Origin: Octopus sinensis | Lineage: Eukaryota | Direction: 5' to 3' | Assembly: GCF_006345805.1 (NCBI RefSeq) | Contig: NC_043001.1 | Span: 79,484,001 to 79,548,000 of the forward strand | Length of the DNA stretch: 64,000 nt | In this document: positions 38,361-51,380 of the stretch, in pieces | How the letters are laid out: every line of letters starts with the position of its first letter | Numbering within the stretch: position 1 is the stretch's first letter | Made by a program: the position numbers and the translations under genes | Notes under the pieces: model-generated | What the model was told of the DNA's origin: nothing | The model's database searches: none | The model's input: only the letters and a program-made list of their open reading frames with translations

Positions 38361-39237
38361 GCCTATATACGAATGAATGTACTATTTATTAAAGCAAATA
38401 TAAACCTTTGCAAACTGCTACTCAGAGTTTCATGTTACTGTTCATCGGAAAGCTGCAATGAAGCGAATATAATTCAAATATCCGACGAATGGTAACGTGG
38501 AACTTAATGAAACAATTTTTGAAGATTTCTTTTGGCTTTAAGAAACAGCACACTACTCTTTGTATAGTACACGAATACTTTGGTATTCCTGTACTATATT
38601 TCTCACTTTGTTTCGCATTTATATTATTATATGAATATATATGTGTGTAAGTGTGTGTGTGTGTGTGTGTGTGCGTGTATAAAAGGGTTGAATTAGATTC
38701 GTCCTTTAATTTGGAGGTTTCCAAAAAAAGATTTCTAATATAGATTCTTCATATTTTGCTGGTAAGCTTACTGGCGTAAGATTGCGAGTAAGAAAACAAT
38801 ACTTGTATATGTTGCGTTGTGAATTTATGGAAAGAAATCCCATAAAACTCAACAATTTTGATAAAAATGAAGATGAGGTGTTAAAATAAGAGAATTTTAT
38901 ATTCATGTAGACGATCGTTTCGTACAGCGATATAAAAATCATGCAAATTCGTGGTTTAATAGAATTAATTAAATTAATTAGATTAGATGAAATTATCTAT
39001 ATATCACGGAACTGCTCAGTGCAAAAAGTATAAATAATTTTTATTTTACAAAGGAAAAAGCAGAATAGAATGTAGGAAATTCATATTTATCCTTATGAGA
39101 AAAAAAGATTTGTGTGAGTCCAGTTAGGTATTAACTTAAACTAAACGCTATAACGGATATTTGAAAATATGAGAGAGCTTTTTAGAGAAGCTCTCTCAAT
39201 AGATGAGGAATGAGATTTGAATTCATATATATCACAT

Positions 39238-39291
<54 letters not shown>

Positions 39292-39297
<6 letters not shown>

Positions 39298-39590
39298 TTC
39301 ACTTCACTTTGACCGACCAGTCCGTCAGGCGTCCATTTGATACCGCTAGTCACAGCACGCTGTTCACTCCTCTCTGGATCGCACCTTTCTCATCCACGTG
39401 ATCCCAATCGTCCTCATGAAATCGTAACTCCACCGTCGTGGAGGTCTTCCGGGTGGTCTTTTCCGCTCCCGCGGGTACCACTCGGCAACTGCGTGCGTCC
39501 ACCGATTATCGGTGAGCCGGGCGACGTGTCCAGCCCATCTATAAATAAGTCCGGCGTGAGAGATGTCATCGCAGAGTATACACGCAGCAA
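39292..39590 (-). mobile_element. RTE-clade LINE 3' end
   Basis: RWAGHVARLTDNRWTHAVAEWYPRERKRPPGRPPRRWSYDF; short (GAAGT)n tail. Confidence 0.85.
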
Positions 39591-39628
<38 letters not shown>

Positions 39629-39666
39629 CATCTATTCTCCACATCGTTTGGCAACCTTTGAACCTC

Positions 39667-39725
<59 letters not shown>

Positions 39726-39979
39726 AATCAAAGAAACGGAAGGTGGAAGATGCGAGAATTTTCATTAATTACCACAATTGGTTCGTCCCATCTAGCATCC
39801 ATCCCTTACGGGTTGGATACTTAACACCTGGTTTAGGAGTAGCCGTAAGTGTAGTTGTGTCCCTCCGGGTGATAATTGGTTGCCACTCGATAAAATAATG
39901 AGTTTCGCATGGTATCTTCTCAGTTCGTGTAAAGAAAAACAGTAAATGATTTGTACACACACACGAACACATACGCACA

Positions 39980-40109
39980 TGCGGTTCGGAAAAAGAGACC
40001 GATATAATAAGTACTGGGCTTACAGAGAATAAGTCCCAGGGTCGATTTGCTCGAATAAAGGTGGTGCTCCAGCATGGCCGCAGTCAAATGACTGAAACAA
40101 GTAAAAGAG
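39980..40109 (+). mobile_element. Dominant-family SINE 3' half, well conserved
   Basis: gcggttcggaaaaagagaccg...aaggtggtgctccagcatggccgcagtcaaatgactgaaacaagtaaaaga. Confidence 0.85.
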
Positions 40110-40152
40110 TACAGGAGTATATATATAATATATATATATAATATATATATAT

Positions 40153-43100
40153 ATGATTGATTGATTGATTGATTCTAGTTTCAGCTTATGAGCTGTGGCC
40201 ATGCTGGAGCACCGCCATTTGGTGTTGCTACTTGGTTTCACTTCATGGAGGCTTTCTAGCAACTGCTATTTGGTGCATGAGAGAGTTCGATGCAGCTGCC
40301 CTCATCTGCCCCTCCTGCCGTGAAGTTGGTTCATCTGGGACACCTGACAGGAAGAGATCCAGCTTCATTTTAAAGACATCTGTATCCACCCCATGCAGGT
40401 CTCTCAGGTTCTTCGGGAGGATATTGAAGAGCTGTGGGCCTCGGAAGCCCAGGCTATCACAGAATCTCGTCCTACATCTTGATGGCAGGTTTGGAGTCCT
40501 AGGCACCACGCAGTGGCGCCCAGTTCTGGCATTTGCGTAACTCTCGATGCCAAAGTTCAGGACACTTCCCTCCAGGATCTTCCAGATGTATATTATGACA
40601 TATCTTTCCCGCCTACGCTCCAGGGAATATAATTTTAATCTCTTGAGTCTTTCCCAGTAGCTTACATTCTGCATAGAGGCTATCTTCTTTGTGTAGCTTC
40701 GTTGGATCGCCTCAAGTTCTGTGATCAACTTGACACTGGATGGTGACCATAGCTGAGAGCAATAGTCAAAGTGGCTTAGGACAAGTGTCTTCCAGAGGAC
40801 CATCATGGTTTCTTGTTCTCTTGTTCTAAAGGTTCTAAGAATCCATCCAGCCAGCCGTCTACATTTCATTGTCAGTTTAGCAACATGTACATGAAAGGTC
40901 GCGTCATCACTCATGTGAATACCCAGGTCACGCACTGATTGTGCCTCTGGGATTGCAATACCTCCGGGTCCAGTGTATTCATTGGGTATTGCATTCAGTT
41001 TTGCATGCTGATAGTATAAAGCTTGAAACTTTCCAGCATTGAACTGCATGCTATTCTTTTCAGCCCACTTGTATATTTCGTCCAGCTCACATTGCAGGTG
41101 TTTAGTGTCCTCAGGGTTCTGTATTGCCTGTGAAACTTTTGTATCATCTGCATAACTTGTGATCGTGGCTCTCTGCGTGGCTGAGGGCATGTCTGAGAGG
41201 GCCATTATGAACAGTAGTGGTCCCAGAACAGTGCCCTGCGGAACACCGCTCACTATTTGTGTGTTAATGGAGGTGGCCCCATTGGCTACTACCACCTGAC
41301 TTCTATCCTTCAGAATGTCATGAAGCCATTCTCCCAGTTTTCCAACTATGTTGAGATCACGCAGTTTGTGACATATCATTCCATGATCGACTTTATCAAA
41401 GGCCTTTGCAAAGTCGAGATATATCACTTCCACATTTGAGTGGTTGAGCAGCCGTTTCAGCACCCAGTCATAGTGTTGTAGGAGCTGAGTTAAACAGCTT
41501 CTCCCTGGTCGGAAACCATGTTGGGTGTCGGGCAGCAAGTCATTCTCTTCAAGGAAGGTGATCAGCTTCCTTCTGACTATTCGTTCCATGACCTTGCTGA
41601 TGTGTGAGGTCAGATAGATAGGTCTATAGTTCTTGGCTTCCGCTCTGCTACCTCCTTATGAATGGGGCATATTTTACCTTCCTTCAGTTTTCCTGGAAGT
41701 TTGCCAGCTGCAAGGAAGCTCTGAAAGAGGAACTGCAGTGGTCTTGCTAGGACTCTCTTACATGCTTTTAGGAGGATTGCCGGGAATCCATCGGGGCCAG
41801 TAGCTGAGTCTGTTTTCATTTCATCTATAGCCTTGGTTACATCGTCTTCCTTTATATCGATGTAATCTATCGTCGCCGCCTCTGATTTTATATCTGCAGT
41901 GGTAAAAAAGTCAGTTGGATTGGTGATTTGGAGATGCCCAAGGTGTGGAGTGAAAACACTCTTGAATTGCTCATTCAGTATTTCACTTACCCTCATTGGT
42001 TTTCCTGTAAGTGTGCCATCCTTTTCGAGGAGTGGCCCTATTCTACAGTGCACCGTAGCTGTTTCTTTGGCATACCTGTAGAAAGCTCTGGGGTTAGATT
42101 TTATGTTTTCTATAGCCCAGGCTTCTTTGTCTGCTCTTTCTTTTTCATGGGAGAGTTGCAGACATTTTTCGATTTCCAACAGTTTTATTTTTAGGCGGGA
42201 CGTTTCACTGCTTTCAATCTGTTTGTTTAGGCGATTTGAAAATTTCGTACGCCGTCTCATTAAAATTTTCCTCTCTCTGGGGATTTTGTTCTTGTGTACA
42301 GTGGCCTTTCTCTCTGGGACACATTTGTAGCATATGGCTTGCATTACAGACATGAATTGTTGAAGTTTCACGTCGATGTCTGGCGAGGAGAGACATTTAG
42401 GCCAGTTTTGTTTGAGGATCTCTTTCTCAATTTGTTTCCAGTTTGCCTTATGGTAGTTCAAGCTGGAAAGATTTTGAGGGTTTCTTGTAGGCTGCATGTC
42501 CGTGCTCTCTTTTGGCCCGTACATGGTCAGCTCTATCATGTTGTGATCCGAGAGTAGTGTCGGTGTCACTTTCACGTTATGGATGAGATCCATGTCATTT
42601 GTGAAGCAGAGATCCAGTGTGTTACCTGCCCTGGTTGGTTGGAGTATTACCTGCTCCATGTACAGGGTGTTGATGAGGTTCAGGAGGGACCTCGCCTGTC
42701 CTCGTTCACATCTTGTCATTCCTGGGAGAGAAAGGCCCTCGGGCCATCTGACATTGGGCAGATTGAAATCTCCCATAAGAAGCACACCTATGTGTTGTTC
42801 TAATGTGGTTAGAATTTCTTCTATTTTTATAAGGCAGTCTTCAAACTTGCCCACATGGCTTGGGGCATCTGGAGGGCGATATGTAGTACACACAACTACA
42901 TCAAGTTGCCTAATATGTACAATTAGTGTGTCACACACCGAGTTTGAGTATGACAAGATGACCTGGGGTGTGAGGTCCTCACGGATGTACATAGCAACAC
43001 CTCCATGACTCCTTTCTTTCCTGTCGGTCCGTAGTACAGCATACTGTGGTATGTGTAACTCCGCATCTGCTATGTCCGGTTTCAGGTGCGTTTCTGTAAG

Positions 43101-43161
43101 TGCTATGCATAAGGCTTGATTGCATGCAACAAAGTCTCTCAGGAACGGGATCTTTGTCCTG
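40153..43161 (-). mobile_element. CR1-clade LINE, 5'-truncated, nearly intact ORF2, with (CAAT)n tail; inserted in (TA)n
   Basis: APE and RT motifs (see the CDS feature); ~65-nt 3' UTR; tail aatcaatcaatc at 40153-40175. Confidence 0.97.
40243..43160 (-). pseudogene. CR1 ORF2: AP endonuclease plus reverse transcriptase, single frameshift at ~41654
   Basis: ALTETHL, YRPP, GDFNLP, PTRAGNTLDL, SDHNMI (APE); QHGFRPGRSC, YLDFAKAFDKV, GVPQGTVLGPLLF, YADDTK (RT); SLERRRERY C-terminus. ORFs 41610..42992 and 40243..41589 join if one G is restored in CAT-AAG-(G)GA-GGT (HKGGSRAEAKNYRPI). Confidence 0.95.
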
Positions 43162-43162
43162 T

Positions 43163-43234
<72 letters not shown>

Positions 43235-44034
43235 GTATATCTATCTATCTTTATATATATATATATATATATATATACATACACAAACATATATAATCCT
43301 TTCCCCATAAAATTGTCAAAATTTGAAAAACAAAGGCGATTAACTAGTAGTATCACGAGAGCGTCCATGAGAATACTTAGCGCCACTTCTTCCTGTTCTT
43401 CACGATCTTACTTCAAATTCTGCCGAGATCGAGTATACATATCATCCTGACAGGATCGATGAAATAAAGTACTGGATTCGATATAATTCACTAGCCCTTC
43501 GCCCAATAGAAGCTTTCTTTCCTATATTCGGAACTACTGATTTTGCTATATTCATTTATAATATCTTGAATGGATAGGAATCTAGAATGGATAGGTAAAT
43601 CAATTTCATAGAATAAATTCTCCGTTTTCAAACCAAATGAAACTTTTACGCGAAAATTCTTGTAAATTGTTGACGTAAGGGCGAAGTATTAGCTTTACCA
43701 TCTCGGATATTTATTTTTCAAACCCTTCCGATATGTTATTAGATGTGTAGAAATATATCTTCGTCGCCAAAAGCGTCAGTTCACAATTGTCAAAGAAATA
43801 TCATTTCCAGTTTATTACATTTATCAAGCCACACCACCGTTTACCATTGAAGAGATTTAAATTTGCATTTAAATTTACAGAATATATCCTTAACACATTG
43901 CTACAGTATTGTACTCCAGTGAATTATATTTATTCAAATTTTAGCTTTGTGAACTGGACCTTAATGTTTTGAAACTGACCTGTTTTCCATTATATTTCAG
44001 ACAGATTCTGCGCTGAGTTACTGAAGCAGAAATA

Positions 44035-44200
44035 TTATAGCAAACATTCTGCTCAATACCACATATTTGTTTGTCAGTTGCTTGACCTTAATCATTTGAG
44101 CATGTCCTTTAGTAGCTGACGATATGTACATATCTGATCACGAACAGGAGTAGTGGGGGAGCATTATAGCCATAAGTTGAGAGGGGATCTTTGGCGTTTG
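44035..44200 (+). mobile_element. Internal fragment of the (AAT)n-tailed retroposon
   Basis: agcaaacattctgctcaataccacatatttg...gagcattatagccataagttgagaggggatctttgg matches ~4540-4710. Confidence 0.75.
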
Positions 44201-44755
44201 AACAAATGTAACAAACGCCAAGTCTGAAGGAAGTATTAGTCATTTTTCGTATGTTCTAGGGATAAGCGAATAGGAAATAACAGTAGCTAGGCACAGACAA
44301 AAATACTATCATCACACGACGTCATTATTGATCTCTCCCTTTAATTTTACCTGTCACCATGAAGTTTGTTTTATCCAAAATTATACAACAATCGTCCTCA
44401 CTTATATTTGAAATTCTTCTTTCTGTGTCTTTCTCCCTCTAAATATTACTTTTCCTCCATGTCTGTCAACTATTTTAATTTCATGTGCTTCATGATCTTT
44501 TCACTTTTGTTTTTCATTGTCTCTGTCCCTATATCTGTATACGTCGCTGTCTTTTACCTTAATAATATACGCCTCATTGGTTTATTTTCCCATCAATTCG
44601 ATCCACGATGTGTTTATCTAAATACTTTGTCAACCATTAAACATTTAATGTTTCATTTTAAATATCAGAATCTTACTGTTTCGAAAGCCATGACTTTACT
44701 AAGAATTTAATATGTATATGTATGTATATATATAAATATATGTATGTATGTATAT

Positions 44756-44807
<52 letters not shown>

Positions 44808-44995
44808 TAGGCATATATACTTATATGTATAAACCGTTATGGTTTGAGCGTAGATGTGGAGAATACACAGTGGCATAGAAGCGGATACGCAACCATTTAT
44901 CTACATATAAATACATCCACATGCGTGCACACATGATTATGCAAACATACACTGACAAAAATACTTATATATGTGTAAATATATACATGTATATG

Positions 44996-45068
<73 letters not shown>

Positions 45069-45548
45069 CATATCATATAATCATCTCCTTACCATCATTA
45101 AATATATAGTATTTTTCCTATATCGCTTCAATTGCTGATGGAACATATGATTGCTCTGTCTCTTCTGGCGCTACAATAATCTGATGGTGTATTACAACAT
45201 ATATAGAATATATATATATAGTCTGTATGTGTGTGTGTGTGTATGTGTGTGTATATATATATACATTACTCACATATACAATATATGCAGAGTTAAGCAG
45301 CATGAAACATAAGGCACATTCTCATATGTATAAATGTATGCTACATATACGCGTATACAGACACAAACACATGTAAGCAATATTACAAGTTATAAAAATG
45401 CAACAATCTTTATGCATGTATGTATTTGTGTCAAAGCGTCTGTGTGTATGAGAGTGTGACCGCATATATGTATTTAAAGTCTTTTGTTTTTCATATGTAA
45501 ACATTTATGTATATATATATATATGTGTGTTTGTATATAATAATTACA

Positions 45549-45606
<58 letters not shown>

Positions 45607-45689
45607 GTATATGTATATATACATAAATATATATATATATATATATATATGTAAGGTGCGATGATTAAATCGTTACAGCAGTATTTGAT

Positions 45690-46400
45690 TTTGATTTTGT
45701 CGACTATACAGTATAGTAGGATCAGTTTGGCACCGTCTTTGAGAAAAACAGCGCCATAGCGCGATTCACTCTGCAGGAAATTTGGAAACGACATGCTGTA
45801 CTGCTTGGCATTTGCGCCGGACGCTCCAATACGAACATTTCAGATTGTTCAGGTGTGAATTTGAGGAAAGTGCAATTTGAGGATATGTACCGAGAGTGGT
45901 AAAAATCAAGCATCCAGTCAACATCCTGATTTTCGGAGTGATCACCAGTGATGGCGACCTTATGCCTTTATTCATCCTTCCACAGGACCTCTGGCTCAAC
46001 ACGGAGGCCTGCATCAAGTGCCTGGGAGAGGTAGTGCTGCCCTGTGTCAAGAGGACGGCTGCTGGAAGACCCTATGTCTGGCCACAAGACAATTTTTGCG
46101 TCCACATCACCCCTAAAATCTGGGCACCTAACTACCCAGGCTGCAACCCCCATTGATTATTATGTGTGGTGCTCAGTTGAGCGATAGACCAGTAAAACAC
46201 CTTGTAACACCAATGATGAACTGAAGGCAAGGATTATGGCAGCATTCACCAAAGAGGCTGTCCAGAAGAGTTGCAGGAGATTCACAAGTCCTCTTGAGGC
46301 TGTAGTTGAAGCCAATAGAGGTTTTATTGAATAAATTTACTCTAGTATTTCAATATATTCTTATGTAATTATATCTGTTTAAAACGGGATGCCTGTGTTA
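45690..46400 (+). mobile_element. Internally deleted maT/DD37D-like transposon
   Basis: RFTLQEIWKRHAVLLGICAGRSN; KHPVNILIFGVITSDGDLMP..LNTE...AGRPYVWPQD; WAPNYPGCNP/DYYVW; EAVVEANRGFIE*. Catalytic spacing cannot be counted because of a deletion. Confidence 0.75.
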
Positions 46401-46424
46401 TTTTCGTTTCTTTGTAAATTAGAC

Positions 46425-46718
46425 CAGTACTTCTCAAACTAATTGATGTGGTGTGCCGGCAGTTTTTTTTCCGATATGCCAGGGAGCGATAATATTTCTT
46501 TGTAATATTAATTTATACCGGAAACTATATACATAATGAGTATAGTAAAAGTTGACGTTCTTTTATTGTATATTTATTTTGTAAACAAATAAACACTTCA
46601 CTAACATTCTATCAGCATTTTATATTGTTTCTTTCTTTTGAGGAAACTCGTCGCGTATCGGTAGCTGATGGCTCGCAGACCGACACCGGTCCGCGGACCA
46701 CCACTTTGAAAAGCACTG
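46425..46718. mobile_element. hAT (Charlie-like) MITE with 8-bp TSD
   Basis: TIRs cagtacttctcaaact / accactttgaaaagcactg; flanks aattagac and atttagac (7/8 match). Confidence 0.75.
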
Positions 46719-46872
46719 ATTTAGACGACAATACATTCGCCGCACCCTGTGTGTGCATATATATATATAAACATTCACACACGCACACACACACAAAAAA
46801 ACACACGCACACACACATACGCACACGCACACACGCATACACACACATCTTTAAAGAATGTAAATGTGTACA

Positions 46873-47186
46873 GTGGAGGCACATGGCCTTGTGGCTAGAG
46901 CAGCGGACTCGTGGTCAAGGTATCGTGGGTTCGATTCTCAGACTGGGCGATGTGTGTGTTTATGAGTTAAACACCTAAGCTCCACGCGGCTCTGGCAGAA
47001 GGTAATGGCGAATTTATGCTAACTCTTTCGCTACAACTTTCTCTCACTCTTTGGTCCTGCATAATGTAGCTCACCTGCGACGGGCGGACCGGCGTCCCGT
47101 CCAGGTGGCGAACCTATACGCCAATGAAACTGGAATCCGGTCCTTATGAGCCAGGCGTGACTCGAGATGGAATAAACAACAACAAA
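46873..47186 (+). mobile_element. Full-length third-family tRNA SINE with V/Meta-like central motif
   Basis: A box tggccttgtgg, B box gggttcgattc; cctgcgacgggcggaccggcgtcccgtccagg; (AAC)n tail. Confidence 0.9.
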
Positions 47187-47262
47187 TGCGTACAGCCGAA
47201 ACAATGAGAGGTGCAAAGTAAACTACAAAATGAAAAGAAAACAAAGTTGCAGTTTTATTTTG

Positions 47263-47650
47263 TACTAGCAGTATCGCCCGGCGTTGCTCAGGTTTGTAAG
47301 GGAAATAACTATAAAGCATTTTTAGAGAGTTATAGCCACAAAAAGCAAAAAAATGGAAAAAAATTATGGTAAATTTGTTTTGAGAGTAAAAAAAGGTGGA
47401 GTTGCGTCCCCTAGACAGTTTGCGGTTTGTGTTTCTGATTCTCGACCCCATGTCGAATTTATCGATTTTTTTCAGAACTGGGAAAACTTTTCAAAATTTT
47501 CGCTGCGTTAGTTTTGAATTATGACATTGGGCTATGTGTGTGTCAAGTTTCATCAGAATCGGTTGAAAGCCGTGGTCAGGGTGAGGGTACAAGCAAACAG
47601 ACACACAGAAACACGCACAGACAAACTGCCGTTTATATAGAGAGAGATTA
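47263..47650 (+). mobile_element. Helitron/Helentron-associated non-autonomous element (HINE/Lep1-like)
   Basis: 5' tactagcagtatcgcccggcgttgc; 3' aagtttcatcagaatcggttgaaagccg...(acag)-rich...gtttatatagagagat. Confidence 0.6.
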
Positions 47651-48019
47651 CTGCATTACGGATACGAAACCGCCTTCTTCAGGAAATTCGGAAACGTCGT
47701 GGTTGGAAACTTTGCTGCTCAGACGTGTGCATATCAACTGTACTTAAATAATTTCTCGTTAGCAAATAGTCTAAATACTTTAATAGGGAAGTTTCTTACT
47801 ATTTCGGTAATGAAGATCGAAGTGTGTATAAATATGCAGAAAATTCAAGTCTTTTTTTTTTAAGAGTATATTCTGTTGTTTACACTATCGGGTTTTGTTA
47901 ACCTGTATTCTTCCAACTCTATTTCCCTCTGGCATCCAGCATTCGTCGCTGTGTCACGAAACTCCGTTCTGTAGAAAACAATTTTATGCACACGCACTTT
48001 TTCACTGAAACCCACACGC

Positions 48020-48288
48020 GCGCATACATACATACATACATACATACATACATACATACATACATACATACATACATACATACATTCATACATATGCATG
48101 AATTCATACATACATATATTCATACATATATACACACATAGATTTATATATATGTGTGTGTCTGTATGTATGTATATATTTGTATATTGATATATACCTG
48201 TATATATGCATCTATATATATGTGAATATATATATGCCTGAATGTATGTGTATATATATACTTGTATGTATGCATGTATATATGTATG

Positions 48289-48334
<46 letters not shown>

Positions 48335-48480
48335 CATGCACCTATATATATATACCGGTATATATATATATATATATATGCCTGTACGTTTGTATATATA
48401 TTTTCTTTTCTCTTTTATGTGTATGTATATACATACACTACATACATACACACACACATACATGTATTTATATATCGTAA
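48020..48480. repeat. (CATA)n/(TA)n microsatellite block
   Basis: Seen directly. Confidence 0.95.
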
Positions 48481-48482
48481 AT

Positions 48483-48532
48483 GAAAGACGGAAGATGGAA
48501 TATACGAGAATTTATTATTAATCACGACAATT
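48483..48532 (-). mobile_element. Short PLE-like terminal fragment (related to ~39730-39790)
   Basis: acggaagatggaatatacgagaatttattattaatcacgacaattgtt; minus strand keeps AACAAUUGUC, resembling a hammerhead 3' half. Confidence 0.4.
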
Positions 48533-49055
48533 GTTCAGCGACGTGCAACCAAGAGAGTACCCTCCATCAGGCATTTGCCATATTCTGAACGCCTTACTTC
48601 CCTGGGCATGGATACATTGAAACTCCGACGTCTGGCAGCTGACTTGGCAGGTACCCATAACATTATTAACCATCTTACTAACAATAACTGTGAGCATCTT
48701 TTCAAACTCCACCTGTCTAACACCGGTGGACATGTTTACAAAGTCAGAAAACAGTACAACTACCATGACTTTCGGAAACATTTTTCACGCTAATATTTGC
48801 TGAAGTATGGAACAAACTGCCCGCATCAGTTGTTAGTTGTCGGAGCATACTTCAAAACTTCCATGCTTCCTGAGATTCGCCAACACTATACCTGATTTTC
48901 TCCCCTCCATACACACGCAAGCATGTATCTGACTCAAACACTGTTCACTTCCCAAACATTTGTACATTACTGCATATGCTTTATACACACTTTTGACAAA
49001 TTGTGGTGCATCTGAGCACTGTATACAATAATTACATGATTATTATTATTATATT
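48533..49055 (+). mobile_element. CR1-clade LINE 3' end (family distinct from 40153-43161)
   Basis: VQRRATKRVPSIRHLPYSERLTSLGMDTLKLRRLAADL...TGGHVYKVRK...RKHF...WNKLP; (ATT)n tail. Confidence 0.85.
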
Positions 49056-49141
49056 GTTTTGACACATCTAGCATCAAACCCTCATGAGTGGGACCCTTAC
49101 CAACTGGTGAAGGAGCCATCGACGGTGCAGATGTGTGTGTC

Positions 49142-49175
<34 letters not shown>

Positions 49176-51164
49176 CCATGTCATGATGGTTGGATACATG
49201 TTCTTTTATATTTCTCCAAGTATCTTTCTCCGTTCTTGTCTTTCCATCACTCCATCACACCATCAGAAAAAGTGTGCATACTCTTCTTAAAGGTATTGCT
49301 TTATTTCCCACTTCCTGAGTGTGAAGCTAAGTACTTAAACACGATCACTGTATATTACAGGCTAGCTCATTCAATTTTGTTTTAAATCCGCGGAAGGGTC
49401 ACACATGGCAGAAGGATTGCAAGCTTAGAGGTGAGGTAAGTCGACTACATCGGCATGCTAACGATTCTGCCTGCTTGCCGCCTATCTATACACATACGTT
49501 AATCTTATATTGGTAAACTATTTACTATAGAACTGCTTCCATTCCATAGTTCAAATACAAATATCTACACACACACACACACATACACACACACACACAC
49601 CCATACAAACGCAAATACACATCTGTATGTATGTAACTATGTATGTATGACTGCATCTATGTATGTGTGTATTTATGTATGTGTATTATGTGTTATATAT
49701 GCATAGATTTGCATACGCCAGTGTGGTAGTTTGCTTGGCCAACCAAACAGAAGTATAATTTATTATACTGTATTACAATTAAACCCACTCTATTACTCAT
49801 TTGGAGTGTACCTTGTGTTTTGCCTTCCGTGTATATGACTATATGTGTATATGCTTGTGTGTTTGTATGTATGCATATGCCTATGTGTCTTTATGTTTTT
49901 TACGAGACCACTATGGCACCTAAAACAATTAGAGAAAACATGGTTATTTAGTCATCCTTGCTTTCAATTGAAAAATGCATGTATGCATGTGTGTGCGAAC
50001 GTTTAAGCGGGTTGCTTACGCATGTGTGTGTCTGAGAGAGAGGCGGAGGGGAGAGAGAGACAGAGGGAAACAGAAGGAGGAAGGATGTGAGTGAATGTAT
50101 GTGTGCCTGTATAACTGTATTTATGTGTTTTTGCTCCAAGAATATATTTCATTGCCAAAATAAATTTGCATTTACTAGAAATAATTAGCCTTTGGTATTG
50201 TGTCTTTCAACATATTTCCTAGCGCTGTGAATAAATTTACTTTCCATTTGGGAAAATAAAACTCTTCTTTATTTGTAGTTTTAGATATAATTTGGAGTCA
50301 AGATTTCTAGGTGAATGTCTAACTAGACGACAAAATATTGTTCTTTAAAGTATTATCTTTCGACGTAAGAGATATTTCATTTGTATTATTATTCGGTCCA
50401 CATTAGCAGAATTGCGAGCAATCAGAAAACTACAAAACTGCAAATAATTGACGCTAAAATAATACAGCAACTGGAAGCAAATGTTTCCCTGTTGAATTGG
50501 TTGTGTAATTTAATTTATCAGCAGAAAAAATCAAAACGAAACAAAAGAAAAAGATAACGACGATTCTTGAAAATAATTGCTTAAAGAATTAGAAGCAACG
50601 CGTTATTGAAATTGCCTATGATTAATTGCAATTTGATCTGTTAAGTTGAAGGCAATCTGCGAGCGATTAGTGTCTCATTACTGGAGAGACAGGCTTTAAT
50701 TAACGGAATCAGTCAATATTGATTGCAGTCCGTGGTAAAAACAATTGTCAAGGGAAAACACTCATGGCTTTTATTATAAAATACTTCTTCAGCATGTTCC
50801 TAACAATCGTTGAAAAACTATAATGATGGCTTTCGAGATATTACTAATGTTACAAGTGGAAAAGAGTTGCCATGAAAAAGTAGATCTCATTTATGGCGGT
50901 CGTAAGACTGGTGACGCTTTCTATGTCGTTTGCAGATTTAGCTGTTGTTTTTATTATATTTAATCAGCGTATTTTTCTTTCTTTTAATTAAGGACGAACT
51001 GGATCAGTTAGTCAGTCCTACGATAAAATCTGTTTATATCGTGAGTGTATAATCTATTATTCTTAGACATATCGTCTCGATGATTTCACTGTTTGGTAAA
51101 ACGTTACTGGCATTCGATTTGACATACTGACATATCTCAGGGGTCGAGCGACCGTACTCTGTAG

Positions 51165-51380
51165 AGACGTCTAGTAGTTTGGCTTTTTGAGCTCAGGATC
51201 GCAAGATTGTGGTTTCGTTTCCCGGACCGATCATCGTGTTGCGTTCATAAGCAAAACACTAAAGTTCACAAAATTGTAAATAGATAACTCTGCGATGGAC
51301 AGGGGAAATGTGATCTTCGCTAGTTATATACTATGGAAATCGGTTAATCGGCTTGTGATTTCTAGGGCTCGAAACAATAA
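51165..51380 (+). mobile_element. Degenerate tRNA SINE
   Basis: aggatcgcaagattgtggtttcgtttcccggacc...ctctgcgatggacagggg...ctagggctcgaaacaataat. Confidence 0.5.

Noticed and set aside
44191-44221. 10-bp inverted repeat ttggcgtttg/caaacgccaa
   Set aside because: Lies at a truncation junction of a retroposon fragment; most simply a repair/template-switch by-product
46873-46945. tRNA-like sequence (also the other SINE heads)
   Set aside because: No complete cloverleaf; continuous with SINE bodies
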